DNA from: Octopus sinensis
Taxonomy: Eukaryota
Assembly: GCF_006345805.1 (NCBI RefSeq)
Contig: NC_042997.1
Coordinates: forward strand, 94,054,001-94,118,000
DNA: 64,000 nucleotides
Direction of reading: 5' to 3'
Numbering within the stretch: the first letter of the stretch is position 1; each line of letters starts with the position of its first letter. Of this stretch, positions 1 to 12,522 are shown piece after piece. The notes below the pieces were generated by a model. That model had not been told where the DNA came from. It saw only the letters and a program-made list of their open reading frames with translations, and made no database searches. Made by a program: the position numbers and the translations under genes.

Positions 1-635
1 TGTATGTATGTATGTATGTATGTATGTATGTATGTATGTATGTATGTATGTATGTATGTATGTATGTATGTAGGTAGGTATATATATATATACGTATATG
101 TGTGTGTGTGTTCGAGCGTATGTCTATATATGTAAATATATGTATACGTATTTCTTTCCTTTTATAACTCATATGTATATATACATGCCCATATATACAT
201 ATATATGTACACACACACACACACACATATATATATTTAAGTATAGATATATGTATATAAATTATAGACGTATATGGAATATGTAAATATATATGCATTC
301 CTATACTGTATAAAATACATATGAATTGCATACACATATACAAATGCACACGCACGCACATCTCAAACACACGGCACACACACACGCGCGCACAGAATGC
401 TGAAATAATGTTTGATTGCTTGATGTTACTGAAATGCACCATGTTGCTTCTCTCATCTCCTCCTATTCAATTTTCTATAATCATTATGAATGCACGGAAC
501 TGAAGTTGTGTCATGCATCCGAATGAAACTCTTATAGAGTTAACAATAGACAAAACAAGGTAAAATGAAACAGCATTCGCTCGCAATTTTTTTCAGAGAT
601 TATTTAAAGGTTGTTCAAGCTGGCTTTTGACTTAC

Positions 636-750
636 TTTCGTTGCAGTTATAACATTTATTTGTCAATACTTCTGTAACTTGCTGAGATATCAAACTATAT
701 TCAGCTTTCAGCCTTTCATCAAGCGTACTATACGTAGTTCGTGCGTGTTT
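636..750 (-). CDS. Candidate 115-nt coding exon of an unidentified host gene (KHARTTYSTLDERLKAEYSLISQQVTEVLTNKCYNCNE)
   Basis: Minus-strand acceptor atatttcag| and donor |gtaagt; only the phase-0 frame is open. A possible terminal exon 499-453 (acceptor acttcag) would add IPCIHNDYRKLNRRR*. Confidence 0.45.
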
Positions 751-804
751 CTGAAATATTCGAATTTATTAACATGGCAGACTTAGAACTATATAAACCG
801 ACAG

Positions 805-880
<76 letters not shown>

Positions 881-1406
881 GTCACTCAACCTGTCTGTCT
901 GTTTGTCTGTCTGTCTCTCTCTTTCTCTCTCCACCACACACATTTACCCATAGAAATACATTTCAACTTGCTTTGCAAACAATATAGCAGATTAAGCAGG
1001 AGAAACGGAAATTTAAAATAAAAAAATGAACATCGTTATATTTTAAAGTGGAAACGGTATTTTTTGAAACATTCTACTTTTGGCAATTTTATAAACATAA
1101 GCAACATTTAATGGTCTTTATTCAGCTGAAGATCCTGACTGTATACAACAATCATCTGAACTCAATTTTCATACGTCGTATTTCACTCTTTAAACGCTCT
1201 AGTTATTCACATTCTTCTTACACTGTAGAAATACATTTACATTTTTACTCGACAGCGGATTCTCAAGAAATAAGAGAACATTATATGTAGCAACTTAACC
1301 TAGCTCTCCTTATTCTGAAGTTTATGAGATTGTGAGAAAAAATACCGGGCACCGCCACGTCTGAGTTAGTTATTAAACTGTGCATTAATCTCTGAGTTAG
1401 TATTAC

Positions 1407-1434
1407 AGTTTTATTACGCCATGAATCTATCCAC
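1407..1434 (-). CDS. Candidate small exon (WIDSWRNKT); an alternative donor at 1300 gives a 135-nt version
   Basis: Acceptor tattcacag|; phase-2 start matches the 1891-1875 exon; donor |gtaata at 1406 gives phase 0, matching the 750 exon. Confidence 0.35.
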
Positions 1435-1439
1435 CTGTG

Positions 1440-1483
<44 letters not shown>

Positions 1484-1874
1484 GAAAATAAATATATAAC
1501 CTTGGTTACGATATATTTCTTTCTTCAAACAATTTAACCAGTTTAATAGCTTTGGATAAGATTCTTTCATTACTATAGAGTGAAAAAAAGGTTTCTATGG
1601 CAGTAACTTCTTTAAGCTTTATTGTAAGATATTCTCATGTGATAAGAATACAAATTTGAGTGTTCCTATTTATCAATGCATTTGAGTTTGGAATTATCAC
1701 CAAGTGACAGTGTGGCAACTGTGATAAGGCGGAAAATATCCAAACTATCATTGCAAATCTTCAAGCTGTTAGCAGAAGATTTTTTTAAAGTATCTTTTCT
1801 ATGCTCATAATAATTCAAGAAGCATATTGCCTGCCGGTAGAAAGCGTTTTCGATTATTTCAGATATTTCCTCAC

Positions 1875-1891
1875 CTCATTGCGTGATGGAA
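1875..1891 (-). CDS. Candidate 17-nt micro-exon (FHHAM-R)
   Basis: tttatattatag|TTCCATCACGCAATGAG|gtgagg; phases 0 to 2 fit both neighbouring candidate exons. Confidence 0.4.
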
Positions 1892-2239
1892 CTATAATAT
1901 AAACATTTTTACTTCAATAGTGAAACTAAATTTGCTCTTCAGTTGATAAGTTTTATAATAGGGTACATAAAAAAAAAATACACAGCTTTATTTTTATCCG
2001 TTATTTTTCTTGTTTCGAAAACTCATTAGTGAAGCTGTGACATTAAAGGTTAAATTTTCATATCAATTGAGCAGATAATTAAGTTTCAAATATAAAAGGA
2101 AGTGACAAAACTTCAATCATAGTATGGTTACTGAATCCAATTCAACACCCACTATTTTTAGTTACACGTTTTAAGATTCTGCAAAGTCTTTAATTATTGC
2201 TAAAGCATATTTAATTTGGGAATTATACCGGCTGCTTAC

Positions 2240-2298
2240 AGTTGTGTTATTTATCATATGTTTGAGTCGAAAAATACTGCTATCAGCATTGAAGAAGT
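2240..2298 (-). CDS. Candidate 59-nt exon (FFNADSSIFRLKHMINNTT)
   Basis: Acceptor ttgtcttcag|, donor |gtaagc; single open frame, phase 1 to 0, in frame with the 1891 micro-exon. Confidence 0.45.
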
Positions 2299-2981
2299 CT
2301 GAAGACAATTTATCTCTTATCGCTTGACAAGGAATTCTATAACTAACCTATCTTATATGTTTGTTTTTGTACAGATGAAACATTGCAATCTGGAAAATGC
2401 TAATCATCTGCCATCCTAATTAACGTATCAAAACAAGCACTCATTAACATACTTTCGATACTTCAGATTACGGTTCTACATATTAAAACGCGAGTAGTAA
2501 GAGATATAACATAACTAAAATATGTGAGTTTACTTTTTGTAGCTTTATTGGTATACGTTTCTTCATTAAAAAATGTGCGTGTGTTTTGACCTTTAGAACA
2601 CATATTTGAAAAAAGCGTGTTTTTTTTTAAAAAAAGCTATTTTAAAACAAGTCCATACACACACGTACAAACAAACACATATGCATACACCACATACACA
2701 CACGCATGTAAATGCAATGCAAAACATATGCATATATATATATATATATATTTATATAAGAGCTAAGAAATGGAACAGGTAAGATCCAGGCTACATATGT
2801 TTCACAGCGAGCGTAACCTCGGAAGTGGCAAATATCCAAGCGAGGTGAATACCGCAAGCTACACTTCTGGCCAAAGGTATCTTGATTAAATGAAGTTTAC
2901 ATTGTCATGATAACATGTGGAAGATTCGATCCTTGGATCTTTTATATATATATATGTGTGTGTCTAGGTATGCATGTATGC

Positions 2982-3030
<49 letters not shown>

Positions 3031-3034
<4 letters not shown>

Positions 3035-3207
3035 AGAGTTTACGGAAAAAAACAAAAGACGAAGACAGGTGGTGTACAAAACAAACAGATGTATTAGTAT
3101 AATGCTCAGGAATATAAAAAAGTCTTTTACGTTTCGAGCCTACGCTCTTCTACAGAAAGGGACACAGAAAACAAGGAGAGAAACAAGGAGAGAAAAAAAG
3201 GAGAGAA
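3031..3207 (-). mobile_element. Penelope-like element 3' terminal (pLTR) fragment within (TA)n
   Basis: Same sequence family as 60364-60560, which is contiguous with a GIY-YIG coding region. Related copies at ~7005-7200, ~8431-8625 and 44712-44890. Confidence 0.65.
3124..3159 (-). ncRNA. Minimal type I hammerhead-like motif, core variant CUGUAGA
   Basis: Minus strand: cttt-CTGTAGA-a-GAGC(gtag)GCTC-GAAAC-GTA-aaag. Helix I cttt/aaag, 4-bp helix II, palindromic ACGT helix III, GUA triplet. Confidence 0.55.
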
Positions 3208-3284
3208 ATATATATATATATATATAATAATATATATATATATATAGAAATATATATATATATAGAAATATATATATATATATA

Positions 3285-3315
<31 letters not shown>

Positions 3316-3336
3316 GAAATATATATATATTATATA

Positions 3337-3381
<45 letters not shown>

Positions 3382-3457
3382 TATATATATATAGAGAAAT
3401 ATATATATATAATATATATATATATATATAAATATATATATATATTATATATAGAAA

Positions 3458-3526
<69 letters not shown>

Positions 3527-3542
3527 GTACACACACACACAG

Positions 3543-3575
<33 letters not shown>

Positions 3576-4334
3576 CCGAGGAAGACTATTACCGACTGTG
3601 CAATCAGACATAAGCATATTTTACACATGCGGCTCTGATGGTGAATAATGATCTCAGGTCTTGATAAACATACACGTACATAAATCAAACTCCCGCTATT
3701 CACAACACTGGCGGTGCGTTTTTGTGCTGTTCGTTTAAGTTCAGCATGCAAAATGTGTGTTTCTTAAAAAATACCCACTTCTTCCTTCACTTGTTTCCTC
3801 AACTATTGATACTGTCCAAAACCAAATTCATCATATTGCATCTTTTTGGGATCCTCCATTCATTCATTCGAACAAGGCGTCCATTTCAGCTTAATCGATG
3901 CTTGTGCACAATCGCCTCAATGCTCAAACTATTACTTCCCCTCAAGACACGTCCAGAGTCTGCAAGGACAGAGCGAACATTCAGAATGTGCACCAAAGGA
4001 ACTTACATGTTATCTGTAAAGAGTTCATGTCTCACATGTCACTTGAGCAAAGGAGTGACGTCAGCACACACGTGCGGTGCACAGTAACTTCTGTTCTGTT
4101 CGTCCCATGTGGGGACCAGACACGCGACTCAAGAGCTCTGAAAGAATCCGTCGCCTTTGGAAGCCTGAAATATATTTTATCAATCAAAGAGCACGAACGA
4201 CTGAGTGTATTGTTCAGCTAAACTAATTTGTCGAGCACTTTCAGTACTGTCCTAACAACGTTTCACATATGGATTTCCTGATGCAGGCTGGAACATTACA
4301 ACTATCTTGCAAGATGCAGAAATATGATTCATAA

Positions 4335-4560
4335 GAACTTGGAATCCTTGTCCCAGCTCTCTTTTCCTTATATTTTGCTACTACTCTCACTCATACTTTC
4401 GCAGTGCATTGCTCGTCTGGGATATAATGAGCTACAGAAGTTCTGGTTGTCTCTTCAACTTGCGTCGATTTACTGCCAATTTGAAACATTTTCAGTCTCT
4501 TATTCGTGACCTATTTTATGTGGATGATTGCGATTTAGCTGTTCATACACTTGAAAATAT
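4335..4560 (+). mobile_element. Degenerate RTE-clade LINE reverse transcriptase fragment
   Basis: Frameshifted translations GILVPALFSLYFA, SYRSSGCLFNLRRFTA and LIRDLFYVDDCDLAVHTLEN resemble RTE RT motifs around the YADD box. Confidence 0.6.
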
Positions 4561-6083
4561 ATGATATGATATGATATGATGTGATATGATATGTACATAT
4601 AAAAGTTTTTCAGAATGCGATAAAAAACCAAGGCTGTGAAGATTTTAGAACATTTATAAATAGAAGGTCTTACAGCTGCTTCCAGGATATGTATTATATC
4701 CCTTCGTCGGAGATAGTGTGAGAAAATGTTTAAGCAATACTTAATTTAGATAAGATACGAAATAGAGAGTGAAATGGAGGAATGAAAATAGATGTGAGAT
4801 ATGCAGGGATATTGCATTTGTAGATCCATTATTTAGGCAGAATGGAATACATATAAGATTCCAATACCTTGTGAGTAAAATCCAATACTATTTAAAATTG
4901 GTCATTCCAAGTATAGAGTTTGTATACAGTGCTATTGAATCAAGGGTTTTATTTAAATAAAACTATATTGGTTTCACGCTCGGTTACAGGAAAGTTTTTA
5001 AAGTTTCGAGTATAGTTCTCCCTCAGAAAGGAGAAAGGGAAAAGTCCAAAGAAGAAAAAGGAAAATCGTACAAACATACATACATCCATACATATATGTA
5101 CACACATGCACACACATGTTATACATGATGCTCGGTGTCATTCAATTAGGCTATCATGTTTACATCGTTTTCTCGTTTATTCTTTCAATTCTTTCAATTG
5201 TATATTTTTAAGCTTTATTCTGTAACTCAAATTCACACAATTTATAAAAGTAGGCTATAGAACAATGTTTGCCCTGGACGAATTCAATAGATCAGAAGAC
5301 ATCCATCAAATGATGACTGGTCGAATTTACTTCAGAAAAAGGAAAAAAAGGGGAAAAATTGAATGATACGCTCGTGATTGAAGAGTGTGCAAAATATTGA
5401 ATTCTAATGAAACATTAGTCAATATCTTCACCGCTACCTACAAAAGGGAAATGTAATTTTATTTGATGGCGATCTACTATATAAAGTAAATCGCCATCAA
5501 ATAGTATTAGAAAAGATTTAGTTAAATAAGTTATAAAATATAAGCCGAGTAGTGAAATACCGTCTACAGACATTTCGATTTTTAGCTTGGTACTCGGAGA
5601 AAAGAAAAAAAAAGCAAGAACAAATATATTTCTCTACACCTATGGCGATTAAATACAAAATTATATTCGTTTTTTTGCCTTCCTTTCAGCATAAATCGCT
5701 GCATTGATAACAAAATATTTTAGTTTGAGCATATTTCTGATATAAAACTTCAAATAGCAAAGTCAAGAACAGACAAAGTTTTAATTTTTTTTTAATATAG
5801 AATACACTTTTAAAGATGGAAAACTTATAGCATACAAAATGCTATGCAGTATAGGTAACAGAAAATGAAAGAAAAAAATATGAAAATAAAAAACTAATAT
5901 CTTGTTATGTATTTTCTTTCTCAGTCAGGTAACTAAAAATAGCAGCAACCATTTTTTATACACAAAAAAATCTTCAAAAGGATAGAAGACTGAACTTCTG
6001 ATGCATTCTTATATCATTCTTTCTCTATTTGTCTTCCACTGTATATTCTCCCCGACAATCTCATATATACATACATGCACACA

Positions 6084-6147
<64 letters not shown>

Positions 6148-6157
6148 GTATATATAT

Positions 6158-8983
6158 AAAAAATCAATTTATTTACTTATTGTAATTGCAATTTCCTTTC
6201 CCTGTTTTTTTCTAGTTCTTTAGTTTACTATCTTTATCTGTCTATTAAATTTTATAAGCAGACATGAATTTTATACGGTGATAGATATGTCGAAAACACA
6301 GTGTAACAGATACAAAACAAAGTGTATCTGCTCACCTACTCCCATAGGCACGTATACATGCGTACGTATGTATGGATGTATGCATGTACGTATCTGTAAT
6401 AAAGAAATAGCATGTACGTATCTGTCTGTCCGTCTATATGAGGGTGTATATATGCATGTGTGTGTGTCTGTGACTTTGTGGTATGAATAAAATTATGTTA
6501 TATAAACTAGCTAAACTACAAGTAGCGCAAGACAAATATATTAAAATATGACATTGTATATCAAGACACAATTTTATTTCTGATAACTGGAGGTACATGA
6601 AACACAACCAAAACCGTCTGGCGTCGGAAAAAAACAAATGAAATATATCTGGACTGAGTCGGAGTGCGTCAAGCAAGAGGCATTGTTATTAAGATGGAAT
6701 GGTCTTGAATTCGTATCTTAACTGTGCGTTATTTATTTACAGTTAAGTGCAACAAATCCGGATTCAATCTATACTGGGAAATGTAATTTTAAATGTATCT
6801 TAAATCGCAGTGAGAACATCTTTATACACATAAACACAAACAGACAAACAGACACACACACATTCATGAGCACAAAAATGCCTATTTTGAGTACATTATC
6901 CTCCCATTTGTGAACTGGAATGTCCGTACAAATACAAATAACACACACACACACACAAACACACACGCACATAAATGTATAAATGTATATAGTTCAGATT
7001 TATTGAAATACAAAAGACGAAGACAGGTGTAGGAACAACAAGTAGGTGTATTAGTTTAAAACACGGAAAAAACGGAAAATATTTTACGCTTCGAGCCTAC
7101 GTTGTGCAACAGAAAGGAATAAGAGGGAAACAAATGGAGAGAGAATGAAAAAAGAAACGGAGAACATATGTATGAGCGTGAGTAAATTTGTGTGTATGAA
7201 TAAATGTAATGTTATACTGACTGACATACTGAACTAAAGAATATATATTGATATGTTGTTTAAATTTGCTTAGTCTATTGCTGTAAACTTTCGGTATGAA
7301 AAATGCAGTTAGAGATAAGTGTAGTACATCATTGATATTCTCTAACGATTTTATAATGTCAGGTGAGCCTTTAAAGAGTGCTTGTCTTTCCTCAAAACTT
7401 CTAAAATTTTGAACATCTAATACAGTGGTTCCCAATATTTTCACAGTGGTTCCGAACAGTGGGTTCCAATCCTATTATTTAAATGAGTTTTCCCACGTCC
7501 CCTTTTTAATGTTTGTCCTTATGTGATATATATATATATATATAGGTATGTGTATATGTATATATATAATATATATATATATAAAAAATCAATTTATTTA
7601 CTTATTGTAATTGCAATTTCCTTTCCCTGTTTTTTTCTAGTTCTTTAGTTTACTATCTTTATCTGTCTATTAAATTTTATAAGCAGACATGAATTTTATA
7701 CGGTGATAGATATGTCGAAAACACAGTGTAACAGATACAAAACAAAGTGTATCTGCTCACCTACTCCCATAGGCACGTATACATGCGTACGTATGTATGG
7801 ATGTATGCATGTACGTATCTGTAATAAAGAAATAGCATGTACGTATCTGTCTGTCCGTCTATATGAGGGTGTATATATGCATGTGTGTGTGTCTGTGACT
7901 TTGTGGTATGAATAAAATTATGTTATATAAACTAGCTAAACTACAAGTAGCGCAAGACAAATATATTAAAATATGACATTGTATATCAAGACACAATTTT
8001 ATTTCTGATAACTGGAGGTACATGAAACACAACCAAAACCGTCTGGCGTCGGAAAAAAACAAATGAAATATATCTGGACTGAGTCGGAGTGCGTCAAGCA
8101 AGAGGCATTGTTATTAAGATGGAATGGTCTTGAATTCGTATCTTAACTGTGCGTTATTTATTTACAGTTATGTGCAACAAATCCGGATTCAATCTATACT
8201 GGGAAATGTAATTTTAAATGTATCTTAAAGCGCAGTGAGAACATCTTTATACACATAAACACAAACAGACAAACAGACACACACACATTCATGAGCACAA
8301 AAATGCCTATTTTGAGTACATTATCCTCCCATTTGTGAACTGGAATGTCCGTACAAATACAAATAACACACACACACACAAACACACACGCACATAAATG
8401 TATAAATGTATATAGTTCAGATTTATTGAAATACAAAAGACGAAGACAGGTGTAGGAACAACAAGTAGGTGTATTAGTTTAAAATACGGAAAAAACGGAA
8501 AAATATTTTACGCTTCGAGCCTACGTTGTGCAACAGAAAGGAATAAGAGGGAAACAAATGGAGAGAGAATGAAAAAAAGAAACGGAGAACATATGTATGA
8601 GCGTGAGTAAATTTGTGTGTATGAATAAATGTAATGTTATACTGACTGACATACTGAACTAAAGAATATATATTGATATGTTGTTTAAATTTGCTTAGTC
8701 TATTGCTGTAAACTTTCGGTATGAAAAATGCAGTTAGAGATAAGTGTAGTACATCATTGATATTCTCTAACGAGTTTTATAATGTCAGGTGAGCCTTTAA
8801 AGAGTGCTTGTCTTTCCTCAAAACTTCTAAAATTTTGAACATCTAATACAGTGGTTCCCAATATTTTCACAGTGGTTCCGAACAGTGGGTTCCAATCCTA
8901 TTATTTAAATGAGTTTTCCCACGTCCCCTTTTTAATGTTTGTCCTTATGTGTATATATATATATATATAGGTATGTGTATATG

Positions 8984-9005
<22 letters not shown>
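6158..9005. repeat. Tandem duplication of a ~1425-bp unit (6158-7582 and 7583-~9005)
   Basis: Identical ORF-track entries offset by 1425 nt (6278/7703, 6434/7859); only a few SNPs and small indels; junctions lie in (TA)n tracts. Confidence 0.95.
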
Positions 9006-9015
<10 letters not shown>

Positions 9016-9105
9016 TATAATAATATGAGAGAATATTATTCCAAACTTACAGGGAAAAATTCAATTTAGAAATGCTAAATCAAATTTCACAAAATATAAT
9101 ATAAA

Positions 9106-11135
9106 CTTAGACTTAGCCTTAGATATGTTTCGACCAAAGATTGGTCCAGGCCATGTCTAACTTAATAGCACCACCTGATAGGATTATTCGAATCCTGTTT
9201 AAGTCAAGTTTTGTTCAAGTAGTGAGTTCTTGTTGGCTGAGTTGTATCCAGTTTTGTTCAAGTAGTGAGTTCTTGTTGGGTGAATGGTATCCAATTATGG
9301 GTGGCTTATCTGGTATTCTTTGAAGGAATCTATCCAGACTCTGTTTAAAGTTGATGGGATCATTTTCCTCTTTGATCTCCCTCGGGACAATGTTAAATAG
9401 GGCAGGGCCTGTTGAGGAAAAGAAATTATGTTGCAGTGTACATATATGTTGTGATCTTGAATTGGGCAGGGGACGTATAGCCCGTGGTCCAAGTCTTGGA
9501 TGAACCTTGAAGCTAATGTTTAGGTCGTTTGGGCAAAGTTGGCGATATATTTTCCACATCGTACAAATGATGTACCGCTCACGGCGACGCTGGAGGGAGT
9601 AAAGTTTCAAGGCTTTAAGGCGATCTCAATAATCGAGAGCAGCCATGCCTTCAATTTGTTTAGTGAGTGCCCTCTGGGGTGACTCAATTCTGGAGATGTT
9701 TTGTCTTGTGTGAGGAGACCACAGTGGGCAGCAGTATTCAAGGTGTGGCCGTACAAAGGAGGAAAAAAGTGGTATGATGACACCTTGTTCTCTGGACCGG
9801 AAAGTTCTTAAGATCCAGGAACTCATCCTACGAGCTATATCGACCTTCTTGTTGATGTGTGCACTCCAACTGAGATCGTCATCAACAATTACACCCAGGT
9901 CTCTGATATTGTTAGAGGCTGTGAGCGGTTCCCCTGAAGGAAGAGAGTATGGTTGTTTTAGTGAGGAATTTCTTCCAAAATGCAACAGCTCAAATTTTCC
10001 CTCATTCAGTTGCATTTTGTTTCTGTCTGCCCATTGACTCACAGCATATAGATCAGACTGGAGTTGAGTTCGGTCTGGTTCTTCATTGACGATTTGCTGG
10101 AGCTTAGTGTCATCAGCAAATATTTTCACTTTGCAGTAATGTACGACACTGGAAAGGTCGTTTACGTAAATTATGAAGAGTAGCGGACCCAAAACAGTTC
10201 CCTGAGGAACACCGCTGGTGTCTTTTGCTGGGTTTGAGTGGACTCCATCAACTACAACATGTTGTGTTCTATTCGCCAGGAAATACTTAATCCAGTGTAG
10301 AACTTTTCCACGGATTCCAACATTTGCCAATTTTGAGAGTAGGATGTTATGGTCTACCCTGTCGAACGCTTTACTGAAGTCAAGATATATGACGTCAGAG
10401 TTCGAACCTGTTCCCAAGGCTTTGAGTACATCTTCAATGTGGTGTAAGAGCTGTGTTAGACAGTCCCTGCCACAGCGAAAGCCTTGCTGATTTGCATTTA
10501 GGAGTTTGTGGGTCTCCAGGAAGTCAGCTATCCTTGATCTTAACACTCTTTCAAACACTTTAATGATGTGGGAGGTGAGTGAGATTGGGCGATAGTTGAC
10601 TGCGAGGGATCTGTTTCCCTGTTTGAAAACCGGGATGACCGACTGGGATAGAAACTGTTTCGGTATATAACCTGCGTCTAACGAATGTTAGAGGTTGGTC
10701 AGAGGGACTGCAAGTTGGTATCTACATTCCTTCAGGAGACTAGCGGGAAATCTATCAGGGCCTACAGCAGAGTAATGTTTGACCTCATTTATTGCTGCCA
10801 CGATGTCGGTGGCAGTGAAGGTTATGTCTGAGATTTTGTGTTGGGAGTCAACTTCGTTCGTTTCCCTTACGTCAATATCAGTGGGAACACTAAAGACAGA
10901 GCAGTATTGTTTCTGCAGTATTTCTGCCATTTCTTTAGCATCGTGTTGGGGAATGCCGTTATCATCAATCAATGGCCCAATGGGTGAGAGCGGTTCTATG
11001 CTTATTTGCATAAGAATAGAACACTTTTGGGTTCTGTTTGATGTTTTTGATTACCCATTGTTCCTCCACAGCTCTTTGATCTTCAATGGAGGTTTTCAAA
11101 TTGGTCTGCAGATGAAGTTTTTCCATCTCTAGATC
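9106..11135 (-). mobile_element. 5'-truncated CR1-like LINE, ORF2 reverse transcriptase pseudogene
   Basis: NYRPISLTSHIIKVFE, YLDFSKAFDRVDH, SGVPQGTVLGPLLF, FADDTKL, LKLYSLQRRRERY. ORFs 11011-10688, 10558-9626 and 9610-9215 share one frame split by two stops; frameshift near 11010; 3' stem-loop and (ctaag/t) repeat tail at ~9106-9150. Confidence 0.9.
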
Positions 11136-11286
11136 TAAATTAGAAAAAAACCCCACCTTTTATCAATTCAATAATGAATAATTAAGTTATATCATTTAGA
11201 AAAATTGCATCGTATAGAAAGATTAAATATAAGATAAAACATATAACAAAAAGGTGTTTTTTTTCTAATCCATATATATATATCTA

Positions 11287-11392
<106 letters not shown>

Positions 11393-11406
11393 ATATATAT
11401 ATATAT

Positions 11407-11441
<35 letters not shown>

Positions 11442-11446
11442 GTATA

Positions 11447-11497
<51 letters not shown>

Positions 11498-11499
<2 letters not shown>

Positions 11500-11901
11500 T
11501 CTCCTTACTCTTTACTCTTTTACTTGTTTCAGTCATTTGACTGCGGCCATGCTGGAGCACCGCCTTTAGTCGAGCAAATCGACCCTGGGACTTATTCTTT
11601 GTAAGCCCAGTACTTATTCTATCGGTCTCTTTTGCCGAACCGCTAAGTGACGGGGACGTACACACACCAGCATCGGTTGTCAAGCAATGCTAGGGGGACA
11701 AATACAGACACACAAACACACACACACATACATATATATATATACATATATACGACAGGCTTTTTCAGTTTCCGTCTACCAAATCCACTCACAAGGCTTT
11801 GGCCGGCCCGGGGCTATAGCAGAAGACACTTGCCCGAGGTGCCACGCAGTGGGACTGAACCCAGAACCATGTGGTTTGTTAGCAAGCTACTTACCACACA
11901 G
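11498..11901 (-). mobile_element. Bipartite SINE-like repeat with internal (TA)/(CA) microsatellite
   Basis: Matches the many copies in the window, e.g. 18760-19500, 35610-36062, 41985-42830, 43822-44236, 49200-49795, 53510-53940, 58320-58725. Confidence 0.75.
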
Positions 11902-12027
11902 TAGCAAATATTCGAACGAGACCTTCGAAGACCGAAGTGGAGAAGGGTTCCGTGCCAACGGCGGTCGAGCACGGGTCAGTCGGTCCTAAGAAGCGGGCGA
12001 AAGCTTCCACGAAAGGCGCCGGATCCG
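11900..12027 (+). pseudogene. 28S rRNA fragment (~128 bp, region just upstream of and entering D7a)
   Basis: agtagcaaatattcgaacgag...gaagaccgaagtggagaagggttccgtg...gggtcagtcggtcctaag matches the conserved eukaryotic LSU segment containing AGTGGAGAAGGGTTCC. Confidence 0.85.
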
Positions 12028-12332
12028 TTAGAGTTGTTTGAAATGATATATATATATATAAGAAATTTTGAACTTAGTTCACGGACCCCCAGTATTATCT
12101 TTGCAGACCCTAGGTTGGGAACCACTGATCTAATATATTGTTATGAAATTCACATGCACCAATCTCGGTAATGAAGATACGCTGTCTAACTCTTTTACCT
12201 CATATGATCGAAGTCACCATTATAACTGGTTGTATATAAAAAAAATGACCTTTCCATTTCACGCATTTCTCCCTTTCCGTCACATATACTAATTTCGTTC
12301 AAGCGCCTTTAGTTTCCAGTGACATGGTTTAT

Positions 12333-12522
12333 TTATTTATTTTTTCTATGATCATCACCGCATCTCTGAAAAGGTGCATCGGTGTTGCAGGAGCTGAACC
12401 AATTAGTCCATCTTCTTTCATGATTAGTTCGTTGTAACATGCATGTGTAGTAGCAATTAGACATATTTTCATCAGGGCACCAAACTGCTGGACAATCAAT
12501 GTTATTTCTCCAAGAGCTTTTG
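12333..12522 (-). CDS. Candidate Cys/Trp-rich coding exon (KSSWRNNIDCPAVWCPDENMSNCYYTCMLQRTNHERRWTNWFSSCNTDAPFQRCGDDHRKNK*)
   Basis: Acceptor tgtgttttattcag|; 190 nt open in the phase-2 frame; the stop overlaps a run of AATAAA motifs; phase matches the 13454 donor. Confidence 0.5.

Noticed and set aside
9121-9157. Stem-loop followed by GAAAC on the minus strand
   Set aside because: Lacks CUGANGA; better explained as the CR1-like LINE 3' recognition stem-loop.
11900-11912. gtagcaaat resembling the R2 insertion site in 28S
   Set aside because: The R2 site (aagg/tagccaaatgcc) is a different, downstream part of 28S; no R2 sequence is present.
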